IMG/VR virus record: IMGVR_UViG_2930414654_000002
Location: 96-64,095 of that record
Direction: 5' to 3' (one strand)
Source of the DNA: a virus
Taxonomy: Duplodnaviria; Caudoviricetes
DNA length: 64,000 nt
Position 1 is the stretch's first letter. Every line of letters begins with the position of its first letter. The translations under genes and the position numbers were made by a program. Below are positions 29,145 to 37,927 of this stretch, in pieces. Below the pieces are notes generated by a model. That model was given only the letters and a program-made list of their open reading frames with translations. It was not told the DNA's origin and searched no databases.

Positions 29145-29617
29145 CCGCCGCCACCCTCGCCCCGGCGGTCGCCCCGGCGGGAGAGCTGGACCTGGAGACG
29201 CGCATGGCCATGGCCGACGCTGCGATGACCGTCCGCCTCGACGAGGCCGCCCTCGCCCACGCGGTGAACACCGCCCACCTCGACACGCCGACGGTGCCGC
29301 ACCTGCCCGTCGACACCCAGCCGGCCGTCGAGCAGACCCCCGTCGCCGCGCTCCTCCAACGGGCCCGAGCCCGCATCCTCCGCGACGGCTGGTGCCGAGA
29401 CGCCGCACACAACAGCGGCGGCGGCATGTGCCTCGCCGAAGCCATCCGGGCCGAAGCCCGCACCCACGCCGACGAAGGCGAAGCCCGTCTGCTGCTGCGC
29501 CGGGCTCTCGGCGGCGGTGACCCCATCCCCGAACAGAACCGGCGACTGGCCAGCACCGCGCACGCTGCGGCCGTCCTCGCCCAAGCAGCTACCAGCGCCG
29601 CCGACCGCGGCATCTGA
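29141..29617 (+). CDS. Hypothetical protein (DUF6197-like)
   Basis: LLQRARARILRDGWCR...MCLAEAI. Confidence 0.65.
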   Translation: MTAATLAPAVAPAGELDLETRMAMADAAMTVRLDEAALAHAVNTAHLDTPTVPHLPVDTQPAVEQTPVAALLQRARARILRDGWCRDAAHNSGGGMCLAEAIRAEARTHADEGEARLLLRRALGGGDPIPEQNRRLASTAHAAAVLAQAATSAADRGI

Positions 29618-29635
29618 AATCTGAAGGAGAAACAC

Positions 29636-29860
29636 ATGCCGAGCTACACACCCGCCCCCGGAGACCGGGTCCGAGTCACCCGACGCGACCCGACCGGCCG
29701 AATCAAGTTCGTCAAGACCGGGACAGTAGCCGCCCCCGCCGATTCCCAGGCATTCCGCTTTCACGACGACGCCGGCTACCGCGTCCACCTCACCACCGAC
29801 CAGGCCCTGGCCGAGCACATGCACGGCTGGACACAAATCACCGAACCCATCACCCGCTGA
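29636..29860 (+). CDS. Small SH3/KOW-like hypothetical protein
   Basis: AAGGAG RBS; PGDRVRVT. Confidence 0.6.
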   Translation: MPSYTPAPGDRVRVTRRDPTGRIKFVKTGTVAAPADSQAFRFHDDAGYRVHLTTDQALAEHMHGWTQITEPITR

Positions 29861-29871
29861 AGGAGAACCCG

Positions 29872-30048
29872 ATGCCCACCGCGAAGTACGTCCTCACCAT
29901 CCGATCCCGGTCCGGCAAGCGCCTCCCCGGCTGCACCGGATCGAGCACCGGCATCGCCGTCTACAGCGACACCGACCTGAAGAAGCGCCTCAAGGAAGCC
30001 GCCAAGGACCCCGACCTCGCCGCGACCTACCGCCGCGCCAACGACTGA
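29872..30048 (+). CDS. Small basic hypothetical protein (58 aa)
   Basis: AAGGAG RBS; MPTAKYVLTIRSRSGKR... Confidence 0.55.
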   Translation: MPTAKYVLTIRSRSGKRLPGCTGSSTGIAVYSDTDLKKRLKEAAKDPDLAATYRRAND

Positions 30049-30060
30049 AGGAGAAACCCG

Positions 30061-30372
30061 ATGGGTTGGAACATCTCGCACCGCCCCGACTGCGACGACA
30101 TGCGCCGCTCGTACACCAGCATCAGCAACCTCGGCCAGCACATCGCGCACGTGCTGCCCGGCCGCGACTGGCGCCGCGTGCGCTCCATCTTCGCCCGGCG
30201 GTCCGGTGACCCGTTCACCGTCACCGCCCGCGACGCCGGCGACATGGCGCGCATCCTCACCACCGCCGCACAGCACCCCAAGATGCCCGCCGACTGGGCC
30301 CTCGACGCCCAGCAGCTCGCCGACTCAGCCCGCAACGCCGCCAACACCCGCAGCGCCTGGACCTGGCGCTAA
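30061..30372 (+). CDS. Hypothetical protein
   Basis: AAGGAG RBS; MGWNISH...WTWR. Confidence 0.7.
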   Translation: MGWNISHRPDCDDMRRSYTSISNLGQHIAHVLPGRDWRRVRSIFARRSGDPFTVTARDAGDMARILTTAAQHPKMPADWALDAQQLADSARNAANTRSAWTWR

Positions 30373-30397
30373 CCACACCCCACCGAAGGAGCACACC

Positions 30398-30787
30398 ATG
30401 GGAATCTTCTCCGCCATCGACCAGCAGATCGCCCAGCACAAGGCAGGCAAGGACGGCCGGAAGTTCGCGAAGGCCGTCGTGATCGGCAAGACCTACTACT
30501 GCATCGTCCCCAACAAGACCTGGTCCGGCTCCTGGTCCGACCTCGTCCACGAGTACACGTTCACCCGCATGTCGTCGACCATCACCGGCCGGCCCATGCC
30601 CATGTGCGGCACCATGTCCGCCGAACGCGCCTGGAACCTGTACGGCCCGTTCTACACACACATCCCCAAGGGCCTGCAGACCCTCGCCGAGTACAACAAC
30701 AGCTCCGTGTGCACCGACGACGACGTCGCCAAGAAGACCCAGCAGGAGTTCCTCAAGGAACTGGGCAAGGCCCTCGTCCGCGTCTGA
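30398..30787 (+). CDS. Hypothetical protein
   Basis: AAGGAG RBS; strong codon bias; followed by hairpins. Confidence 0.7.
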   Translation: MGIFSAIDQQIAQHKAGKDGRKFAKAVVIGKTYYCIVPNKTWSGSWSDLVHEYTFTRMSSTITGRPMPMCGTMSAERAWNLYGPFYTHIPKGLQTLAEYNNSSVCTDDDVAKKTQQEFLKELGKALVRV

Positions 30788-30953
30788 CCCGGCCCGCCCC
30801 TCCCGGGGATATCGGGAGGGGCGGTGTCGCCCACTGTAGGCCCCCGCCGAAGCGGGGGCCGTTGGGGCACGGAACGGTCACACCCGTCGCATACGGCTCC
30901 CGACGGCGTCAGGCCGTCGATACGATCCGCTTCTCAACCACAAGGGGGGAATC

Positions 30954-31643
30954 GTGAAGATCCGCATATACGCGACCGTGGCCGTCCTGTCCCTGCTGCC
31001 CCTCACCGCCTGCAGCAACAACGACGGCGGCGGACACGCCGACACCGAGCCGAAGAAGACCGCCGACAAGGGCTGCGGGAAAGACTCCGACCTGTCCCAA
31101 GCCGACTGGAACGAACTCTGCGGCCCCAACGCCGTCGGCAACGGCGGCAAACCCCGCAAGCCCGAGCAGCCCAAGAACCACAAGCTCGGCGAAGCACAAA
31201 CCACCATCGGCGGCGACGGCACCGGCGAACTGGAGATCACACCCACCACCGTCGTCTACGTCGACAAAGCCACCGGCGAAACCCCCGACAACGACCTGTT
31301 CGCCGTCGTCACCACCAAAGACAAAGCCACCAACGCCGTCGACACCTCCGAAGAAGCCCCCGCCGGCGGAGGCGGCTGGAAATGGGCCACACCAGACGGG
31401 CAGGCCATCGGTGACGGCGACGGAGACGCCGCATTCAACGTCACCCCCGAACACTTCAACGGCGGCGGCAACATCGCAGCCGGCACATGGGCGTGGGACT
31501 CCGCCGTATTCGACCTCAGCGACGCCCAGCGCGGCGGCACCCTCCTCTACACCGACGGCGCCGGCACCACCTACCGGTGGAAAATGCCCAAGACCGACAG
31601 CGGCCCCGACGTGGACAAGCTGAAGAAAGACCTCGCCTACTAG
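30954..31643 (+). CDS. Lipoprotein (possible superinfection exclusion)
   Basis: Signal peptide with lipobox LTAC; beta-rich C-terminal domain. Confidence 0.75.
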   Translation: MKIRIYATVAVLSLLPLTACSNNDGGGHADTEPKKTADKGCGKDSDLSQADWNELCGPNAVGNGGKPRKPEQPKNHKLGEAQTTIGGDGTGELEITPTTVVYVDKATGETPDNDLFAVVTTKDKATNAVDTSEEAPAGGGGWKWATPDGQAIGDGDGDAAFNVTPEHFNGGGNIAAGTWAWDSAVFDLSDAQRGGTLLYTDGAGTTYRWKMPKTDSGPDVDKLKKDLAY

Positions 31644-31726
31644 CCAGCCACCCCCCTTGTGGCCCCGCCAAACCCCCAGTGCGGCGGGGCCACACCTCTA
31701 CCCTGGAAGCAGCCCTTGGAGGTTCC

Positions 31727-31984
31727 ATGCTCATCGTCCGTGCAGCCCGCGCCTACTACCGCCTGAATGTTCGGGCCTTCAGCGCCATCAAGCGGTCTGT
31801 CGAGTGGGTACCGCCGATCGCACTCATGGCCGCTGTGTCTGTCGGCTACCTCGGCTTCATGGCCGGCATGAAGGGCGCCGGTCACGACACCACAGTCTTC
31901 GCTCTGGTCGCCTGCCCGCTGTTCCTAGCGCTGGGAATGGCAACGGGACACGCCCATGTGGACCGGGTGACTCGGCGCCGTTGA
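31727..31984 (+). CDS. Small two-TM protein
   Basis: GGAGG RBS; two hydrophobic helices. Confidence 0.5.
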   Translation: MLIVRAARAYYRLNVRAFSAIKRSVEWVPPIALMAAVSVGYLGFMAGMKGAGHDTTVFALVACPLFLALGMATGHAHVDRVTRRR

Positions 31985-32104
31985 GGTCTTGCTTGCCGGA
32001 GGATTCCCGGCTATGTCACACTGATCGCAGACGGGCTCACTGCGCCCTAAATGCCACCGGACCCCCGCCAGAGTGCGGGGGTTTCGTCATGTCGGGGGTG
32101 TGCC

Positions 32105-32347
32105 GTGGACGTCATCTACCTCCAGGTCGAAGACCTCGTCTTCGCCCACGAAGCCGCCGAACGTACCGGCGTCCCGCAGCAGGTGATCCGCAAGTGGGCG
32201 TCACGCGGGAAGATCCGCAAGTTCGACGGTGACGGCCGGCCCCTCGGTATCGGACACTTCGCCCGCACCATGTACGCCCTGCCTGAGATCGAAGCCCTCG
32301 CACGCACCTACCGGCCCACACCCCAACGCGCCCCGCGGGCCGCGTAG
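32105..32347 (+). CDS. MerR-like HTH DNA-binding protein
   Basis: EAAERTGVPQQVIRKWASRGKI...MYALPEI. Confidence 0.75.
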   Translation: MDVIYLQVEDLVFAHEAAERTGVPQQVIRKWASRGKIRKFDGDGRPLGIGHFARTMYALPEIEALARTYRPTPQRAPRAA

Positions 32348-32490
32348 ACCGGGTGCTCCAGCCCAGCTGTTGAGCCCCATGGTGGCCGCCCCGCCGAGGG
32401 CACGGGGCGGCCACCAACATCCTGACCCCTGCTGCCCGCCGTCGGGAGGGTGCGGGCAGCAGGACCCTCCCAACACAAGGAGCCCGCGCC

Positions 32491-32682
32491 ATGACCCACG
32501 TGAAGAACCCGCCGCCGACGAACTACCACATCGAGTTCCGCGACGGCGACACCTGCACCGCCCGCGCCGTGTCCGCCATCGAGCGAGGGCCCGACTGGCT
32601 GACCCTCATGGACGACCAGATGCGCATCCTCTTCAGCGCACCCCGAGAGACCATCCTCTACTACGAAGCGGTGGTGGACTGA
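32491..32682 (+). CDS. Small hypothetical protein
   Basis: AAGGAG RBS. Confidence 0.6.
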   Translation: MTHVKNPPPTNYHIEFRDGDTCTARAVSAIERGPDWLTLMDDQMRILFSAPRETILYYEAVVD

Positions 32683-33224
32683 TGCCGACGAGTGACGCCG
32701 AGGGCAAGGACTGGTCCCTGACCCGGTTCGAGCGGCACCTGCCCGACACCGTGTGCGACGTCGGCCCCGGAGAGGGCACCTACGCGCGACTGTTCCGGCC
32801 CGTGCACAAGGGCGTGTGGTGGACCGCAGTCGAGATCCACAAGCCCTACGTGGCCAAGTACAAGCTGCGCTCGACGAAGACCCGCACCATGTACGACGAG
32901 ATCCACATCGAAGACGTGCGCGAGTCGGCGGACCACCTGTTCCACCGGGATCTTGTCATCCTCGGCGACGTCCTCGAACACATGCCGCGCGAAGACGCCG
33001 TCGCACTGCTGGAGCGCGTCGAGGCCGCCGGCGCGTGGCACATCCTCGTATCGGTGCCCATCGTCGACTCCCAGCAGGGCGCCGTCGACGGCAACCCGCA
33101 CGAAGCCCATCTGCACCAGTGGGACCCCGACGACATGGACCACGTCCTCGCCCAGCTCGGCGGCGGCGTCGAGACCATGCGCGGCAACACGCTCGGCGTG
33201 TGGTGGTGGTCCCGCCGTGGCTGA
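32682..33224 (+). CDS. Class I SAM-dependent (non-DNA) methyltransferase
   Basis: VCDVGPGEG, AVEI, ILGDVLEHM, VSVP, NPHEAH. Confidence 0.8.
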   Translation: MPTSDAEGKDWSLTRFERHLPDTVCDVGPGEGTYARLFRPVHKGVWWTAVEIHKPYVAKYKLRSTKTRTMYDEIHIEDVRESADHLFHRDLVILGDVLEHMPREDAVALLERVEAAGAWHILVSVPIVDSQQGAVDGNPHEAHLHQWDPDDMDHVLAQLGGGVETMRGNTLGVWWWSRRG

Positions 33225-33459
33225 CCAGCCCATCGGGCAGATGCTCGACGCGATCGGCCTCACCGCCGACATCGACGACGGCGACATGACCATGGACGCC
33301 ATCGTCATCCTCAAAGTCATCAAAGCCGACGGCAGCGTCCACCTAGTCAAAGGCCGCTCCGACGCGGTCGACTGGGTCACCGCACTCGGCATGGTCACCG
33401 CCGCACAAGCCGTCGAAAACAGCGGCTACGACCTCGCCGACGAAGACGACGAACCATGA
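33217..33459 (+). CDS. Hypothetical acidic protein
   Basis: Coupled ORF; W...LGMV motif. Confidence 0.6.
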   Translation: MADQPIGQMLDAIGLTADIDDGDMTMDAIVILKVIKADGSVHLVKGRSDAVDWVTALGMVTAAQAVENSGYDLADEDDEP

Positions 33460-33749
33460 GCGGCGGCTGGCAGGGCTCGGATCGTGTGAGCCGGCTACCC
33501 CGAGGCTGGAAGAAGATCCGCGCCGAAGTCCTCGCCCGGGATCCGATCTGCGTCCTCTGCGGCGTGCGGCCCAGTTCGCACTGCGACCACATCAAAGCCA
33601 AGACCGACGACCACCAGCCCGCCAAGTTGCAGGGCGTGTGCGCCGAATGCCACGGCCGCAAGTCCAGCGCCGAGGGCAACGCCGCACAACGCGCCAACCC
33701 GCGGCCCGGCAGACGGCGCCCACCCGAACGGCATCCAGGGCTGAGGTGA
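33456..33749 (+). CDS. HNH endonuclease (packaging-associated type)
   Basis: W..IR..VL.RD..CVLCG...DHI...LQGVC..CH..KS. Confidence 0.85.
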   Translation: MSGGWQGSDRVSRLPRGWKKIRAEVLARDPICVLCGVRPSSHCDHIKAKTDDHQPAKLQGVCAECHGRKSSAEGNAAQRANPRPGRRRPPERHPGLR

Positions 33750-33753
33750 CCAC

Positions 33754-33945
33754 GTGCCCGCGTTCCTGATCCGCTATCCGAAGGGGCAGGGCGAGGACAT
33801 CCTCGCCGAGGACAACCACCTCACCCTCACCATCGACCACGGCTGGGCTGTACTCGCCGACCCACACGGCACCTGCATCGCCATACCCGCACACAGCGGA
33901 GCCACCATCACCCGCATCGACCAGGACCAGCAGCCCGAGGAGTGA
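33754..33945 (+). CDS. Small hypothetical protein
   Basis: GAGGTG RBS. Confidence 0.55.
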   Translation: MPAFLIRYPKGQGEDILAEDNHLTLTIDHGWAVLADPHGTCIAIPAHSGATITRIDQDQQPEE

Positions 33946-34217
33946 TCCACGTGGCCAGCAAGGGGCGAGGACGCAGCAACAGGGGCAACCGCGGCAATGC
34001 CGCCGCCCTGAAGCAATACTGGGGCCCCGGCAAGGGCGGGACCACCAAGATCCGCTGGAACACCCCGTCGGACTTCACCCGGTGCAAGCGCCACCTCAAG
34101 CGCTACCTCGGCAGCCGCGCCGCCGGATATTGCGCCCGCCTCCACCGGGAGATGACAGGGGTCTGGCCCGGCGACCGCCGCAATGTCGGCCGCACTTCAG
34201 CACGGCGACGCCGCTGA
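33942..34217 (+). CDS. Conserved basic actinophage protein
   Basis: LKQYW...KIRW.TP.DFTRC...GYCA..H...GVWPG. Confidence 0.7.
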   Translation: MIHVASKGRGRSNRGNRGNAAALKQYWGPGKGGTTKIRWNTPSDFTRCKRHLKRYLGSRAAGYCARLHREMTGVWPGDRRNVGRTSARRRR

Positions 34218-34316
34218 ACGACCACGCTGTCAGGGGCGGTTGAGATACTAGAAGCACAGACCCCGGCGAGTGCGGACACACTCCCGGGGCACGGCCGATC
34301 CAAGTAGGAGATCGAC

Positions 34317-34985
34317 ATGCCCAAGGCTACCCGCGCATGCGCACACTGCGGAACGGACATATCCCACCGTCACGGCAACGCCAAGTACTGCCAGCCATGC
34401 GGCGACCAGCAGGCCATAAACCTGCAAGGCCAGGGCACACGCACGTGCCCCTGCCAGATCGGCAACGAAGAGTGCGTGCCGGGCCGGCTGAGGAACGACA
34501 TGTGCGAACTCCACTACCGCCGCGCAAGGACGACCGGCACCACGGACGACCCGCACCTGAACAATCTCCTGCGCTACGCCGTCGCCCCAACGGGATGCTG
34601 GGAGTGGCAGGGTGCGCGCTATTCCAACGGCTACGGCAGGACCTCACGCCAGATCCACGGGACACGATTGGCCCACCGAGTCTTCTACGCCGAACACTGT
34701 GGCCCCATCCCTGAAGGTGCCGAACTGGACCACCTGTGCCGCAACCGGGCATGCGTCAACCCTGGACATCTAGAGCCAGTGGCACGGGCCGTGAACATCC
34801 AACGCGGATACGACGCTCGTCAAGGTGGCAGGTGCAAGAACGGCCACGACTTGACTCGATCTGATGCGTATTACGTCGAGCCCAAGTCCGGCAGGCGACA
34901 GTGCCGGGAGTGCTGGCGTCGGAACTATCGAACCGCTCGACGGAACCTCAACGCCAGGCGAGCTGCCCAACCCAAGGCGAGCTGA
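34317..34985 (+). CDS. Free-standing HNH endonuclease with Zn fingers (homing type)
   Basis: CWEWQG...GYG...AHRV...DHLCRNRACVNPGHLEPV...N; CKNGH..CREC. Confidence 0.9.
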   Translation: MPKATRACAHCGTDISHRHGNAKYCQPCGDQQAINLQGQGTRTCPCQIGNEECVPGRLRNDMCELHYRRARTTGTTDDPHLNNLLRYAVAPTGCWEWQGARYSNGYGRTSRQIHGTRLAHRVFYAEHCGPIPEGAELDHLCRNRACVNPGHLEPVARAVNIQRGYDARQGGRCKNGHDLTRSDAYYVEPKSGRRQCRECWRRNYRTARRNLNARRAAQPKAS

Positions 34986-35119
34986 CAGGTAGCTGACGCA
35001 GCCACAAGGCAACCCTCCGAGCATGGGCAAGGCAGGCTGGGTGCCACCACGTCGGACCCCTCCTCTCCGGTGGTGGGGCACCGGTAGGGGCAGGGCGCAG
35101 GCAGGCGTGAGGCCATGCG

Positions 35120-35410
35120 AGGCATGTGATCAGGTGTCGAGCATGAGCAACTGTTCGAGTTGATGTTCGTCGAGTGATCGAAATCGGTGAGCTGCGAGCG
35201 GCGTCGGGCTGTGCGCGGCGGTCGAGGTTGATCGTCGCGAGCCGTGAATGATCAGTCGGAGTGATCGCGCACGATGATCCGTGATCTTCTCGAAGATCAT
35301 CCGCCTCAAGATCACCTGGGGGGATGATCTTCCCCCCATGATCACAGCCATCGGGGCCGTATAGCACCTGACCGTCTGTACGGGTTCCCTAGGCCCCCGC
35401 CCTCTTGATC
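35120..35410. other. Probable packaging (cos/pac) region
   Basis: Non-coding DNA between HNH and terS; dyad TGGGGGGA-N6-TCCCCCCA (35317-35338); 12 GATC sites; strand-skew switch. Confidence 0.6.
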
Positions 35411-35506
35411 GTCCACCGTGACTCGGTCGCCCTGGAGGCGCCCACCCGCGGTGCTTCATCCGCCCACCCGCTCGCCCCGGAGGCGGGCCAGACCCTGGAG
35501 GTCGCC

Positions 35507-35944
35507 ATGGGCACGCACGGTCCTATCCCCAAGCGCTCGGAGGAGCGGCGACGGCGGAACAAGGACGAGGGCCCCGAACTGGCGAAGGCTCCGTCGGGGG
35601 CGCCGGTGGATCTGCCGGAGCTTCCGGAGCCGGACGAGTTGTGGCATCCGATCGCGCGGGACTGGTACCTCAGCCTGCGGGAGTCGGGGCAGGCCGCGTT
35701 CTATCAGCCGTCGGACTGGGCGATGGCCCGGTATGCGGCTGAGCTGATGTCGCGGGGCTTGTCGTCGGATCGGCCGCCGAATGGGCAGTTCGTGTCGGCG
35801 CTCGACAGCGTGATGGCCCGGCTGCTGACGACGGAAGGGGACCGCCGGCGGGCTCGGATCGAGCTGGAGCGGAAGCCTGCGCAGCAGCAGGCTCCGGCAG
35901 GCGTGACAGCGATCGCCGACTACCGTGCTGCGATCGGGGGCTGA
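35507..35944 (+). CDS. Terminase small subunit
   Basis: GPIPKRSEERRRRNK, WHPIA.DWY.SL.ESGQ, LLTTEGDRRRARIEL. Confidence 0.85.
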   Translation: MGTHGPIPKRSEERRRRNKDEGPELAKAPSGAPVDLPELPEPDELWHPIARDWYLSLRESGQAAFYQPSDWAMARYAAELMSRGLSSDRPPNGQFVSALDSVMARLLTTEGDRRRARIELERKPAQQQAPAGVTAIADYRAAIGG

Positions 35945-35945
35945 C

Positions 35946-36191
35946 GTGCTGAGGTTCCTGGTGTGTGCGGGCAGCATGGAAGAAATGCTGTGCTGGGCTC
36001 GGCGGTACGAGATTCCGCAGGGTCAGTTCTCGTTCGCGGATGGCCGCCGGTCGCATGGCATCAGGGATGTCGTCGTGGTGCGGTTGCCTGGTTTCGAGCG
36101 GAGTCCTGCTCGTGATCAGGTCGAGGCGCTGGTTGCGCACCTTTCGCGTCGCGGGTTTGTGCTCGGGCAACTCGATGGCTGCGGAGTCTGA
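35946..36191 (+). CDS. Small ORF inserted between terS and terL
   Basis: GTG just after the terS stop; overlaps the terL start. Confidence 0.45.
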   Translation: MLRFLVCAGSMEEMLCWARRYEIPQGQFSFADGRRSHGIRDVVVVRLPGFERSPARDQVEALVAHLSRRGFVLGQLDGCGV

Positions 36192-37914
36192 GCGGGTCCC
36201 CGAGGTCGTCACTCCGTTCACGATCGGGCCGACGTGGAAGCGGGGTCCGGACGGCCGGTTCCTCCTTCCCGAGTACACGCTGGGCTGGCACTGTCTGGCG
36301 TGGACTGCGACGTACCTGCAGCACCATGTGGGGGCGCCGTGGCGGTACACGCCCGAGCAGGCCCGGCTGACGCTGTGGTGGTACGCGCTGGATCCGGCGA
36401 CGAACCGGTTCCTGTGGCGTGATGGTGTCCTGCAGCGCCTGAAGGGCTGGGGCAAGGACCCGGTGAAGGCGACGTGGGCGGGCTTCGAGTTCGTCGGCCC
36501 GTGCCGGCCGTCGGGGCGGGTAGCGGACGAGGGCGACGAGTGGGGGATTCCGCCGGGCCAGCCGATCGGGGTACAGCATCCTGCGGCGTGGGTGCAGATC
36601 GCGGCGGTGTCGCAGGACCAGACGCGGAACACGATGACGCTGTTCCCGAGCTTGTTCACGAAGCGGGCGCTGGAGGAGTACCGCATCGACCTCGGCAAGG
36701 AGATCATCTATGCCGACAAGGGGCGGGCCCGGATCGAGGCGGTGACGAGTTCGCCGCGGGCGCTGGAGGGCGGTCGTCCGACGTTCACGTCGATGGGCGA
36801 GACACATCACTGGGTGGAGTCCAACGGCGGCCATGAGATGGCGGCGGTCATCGAGCGGAACGCGACGAAGTCGGCGGATGGCCAGGCGCGGACGTTGGCG
36901 GACACGAACGCTTACGAGCCAGGTGAGGACAGTGTCGCGGAGCGGACGCGGGAGGCTTTCGAGTCGTCGCAGTCGGGTCGGGCGCTGGACACGGGCCTGT
37001 TCTACGACTCGTTGGAGGCGCCGGCTGAGGCGCTGCTGACGGAGGAGTGGATCGTTCCGACGTTGGAGGCGGTGCGGGGGGATTCAACGTGGCTGGACAT
37101 CGACCGGTTGAAGGCGTCGATTCTCGATACCCGGAATCCGCCGTCGCGGTCGCGCAGGTTCTGGTTCAACCAGATCGTCGCTGCGGAGGATGCGTTTCTG
37201 GCTCGGTACGAGTGGGACGCGAATCCGCACGAGGGGATGGACCTTGCGCCGCGGGATGAGTTGGTGCTGTTCTTCGACGGCTCGAAGAGCGACGACGCGA
37301 CCGGCTTGGTTGGCTGCCGTCTGTCGGATGGGCTGGTGAAGACGCTGGGTGTGTGGCAGCGGCCGGCGAACTGGCTGGAGGACACGCCGTGGCGGGTGCC
37401 GCGCGAGCAGGTCGACGGTGTTGTGGATCGCGTGTTTGCCGAGTACCGGCCGGTGGCGTTCTTCGCTGACCCGGGTTCGGGTTTCGACGAGGCGGACGGC
37501 GAGCGGTACTGGGATGGCTACATCGACGCGTGGGCGCAGCGCTACGGGCGTCAGCTGAAGCTGAAGGCCGTGTCGGGTGGCGCGAACCGGCACGCGGTCA
37601 TGTGGGACATGCGGGACCGGCGCCGTCAGCAGACATTCACGGAGGCCGTGGACCGGTTCTACCGGGATGTGCTTGAGCGGCAGGTGCCGCATGACGGGCA
37701 CAGGGTGCTGCGGCAGCACATCGCGAACGCTCGGCGCCGGACGAACGCCTGGGGCTATTCGATCGGCAAGGAGCATCGGGAGTCGGCGCGGAAGGTCGAC
37801 TTGGCGGTGTGTGCGATCGGCGCCAGGATGCTGCGGCGGATGGTGCTGAACAGTGAGCAGTTCGGGAAACGGAAGGGCGCGCCTGGTAAGGGGCGGGTCG
37901 TCGTGTTGAGGTGA
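36175..37914 (+). CDS. Terminase large subunit
   Basis: QRLKGWGKD Walker A, GETHHW, FFDGSKSDDATG, KVDLAV. Confidence 0.93.
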   Translation: MAAESERVPEVVTPFTIGPTWKRGPDGRFLLPEYTLGWHCLAWTATYLQHHVGAPWRYTPEQARLTLWWYALDPATNRFLWRDGVLQRLKGWGKDPVKATWAGFEFVGPCRPSGRVADEGDEWGIPPGQPIGVQHPAAWVQIAAVSQDQTRNTMTLFPSLFTKRALEEYRIDLGKEIIYADKGRARIEAVTSSPRALEGGRPTFTSMGETHHWVESNGGHEMAAVIERNATKSADGQARTLADTNAYEPGEDSVAERTREAFESSQSGRALDTGLFYDSLEAPAEALLTEEWIVPTLEAVRGDSTWLDIDRLKASILDTRNPPSRSRRFWFNQIVAAEDAFLARYEWDANPHEGMDLAPRDELVLFFDGSKSDDATGLVGCRLSDGLVKTLGVWQRPANWLEDTPWRVPREQVDGVVDRVFAEYRPVAFFADPGSGFDEADGERYWDGYIDAWAQRYGRQLKLKAVSGGANRHAVMWDMRDRRRQQTFTEAVDRFYRDVLERQVPHDGHRVLRQHIANARRRTNAWGYSIGKEHRESARKVDLAVCAIGARMLRRMVLNSEQFGKRKGAPGKGRVVVLR

Positions 37915-37927
37915 GGGGCGGTGACCT

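Noticed and set aside
32061-32082. CCCCGC/GCGGGG hairpins here and at ~44311-44330 resembling I-E repeats
   Set aside because: Longer loops, no CTGCT/GTG.T 5' flank and T-rich tails; better explained as terminators or attenuators.
34317-34985. HNH gene as part of an intron or intein
   Set aside because: It is free-standing with its own RBS and does not interrupt a flanking gene.
35965-36174. N-terminal extension of terL in the ORF track
   Set aside because: The sequence is unlike a terminase and overlaps a separate small ORF; ATG 36175 is the more plausible start.
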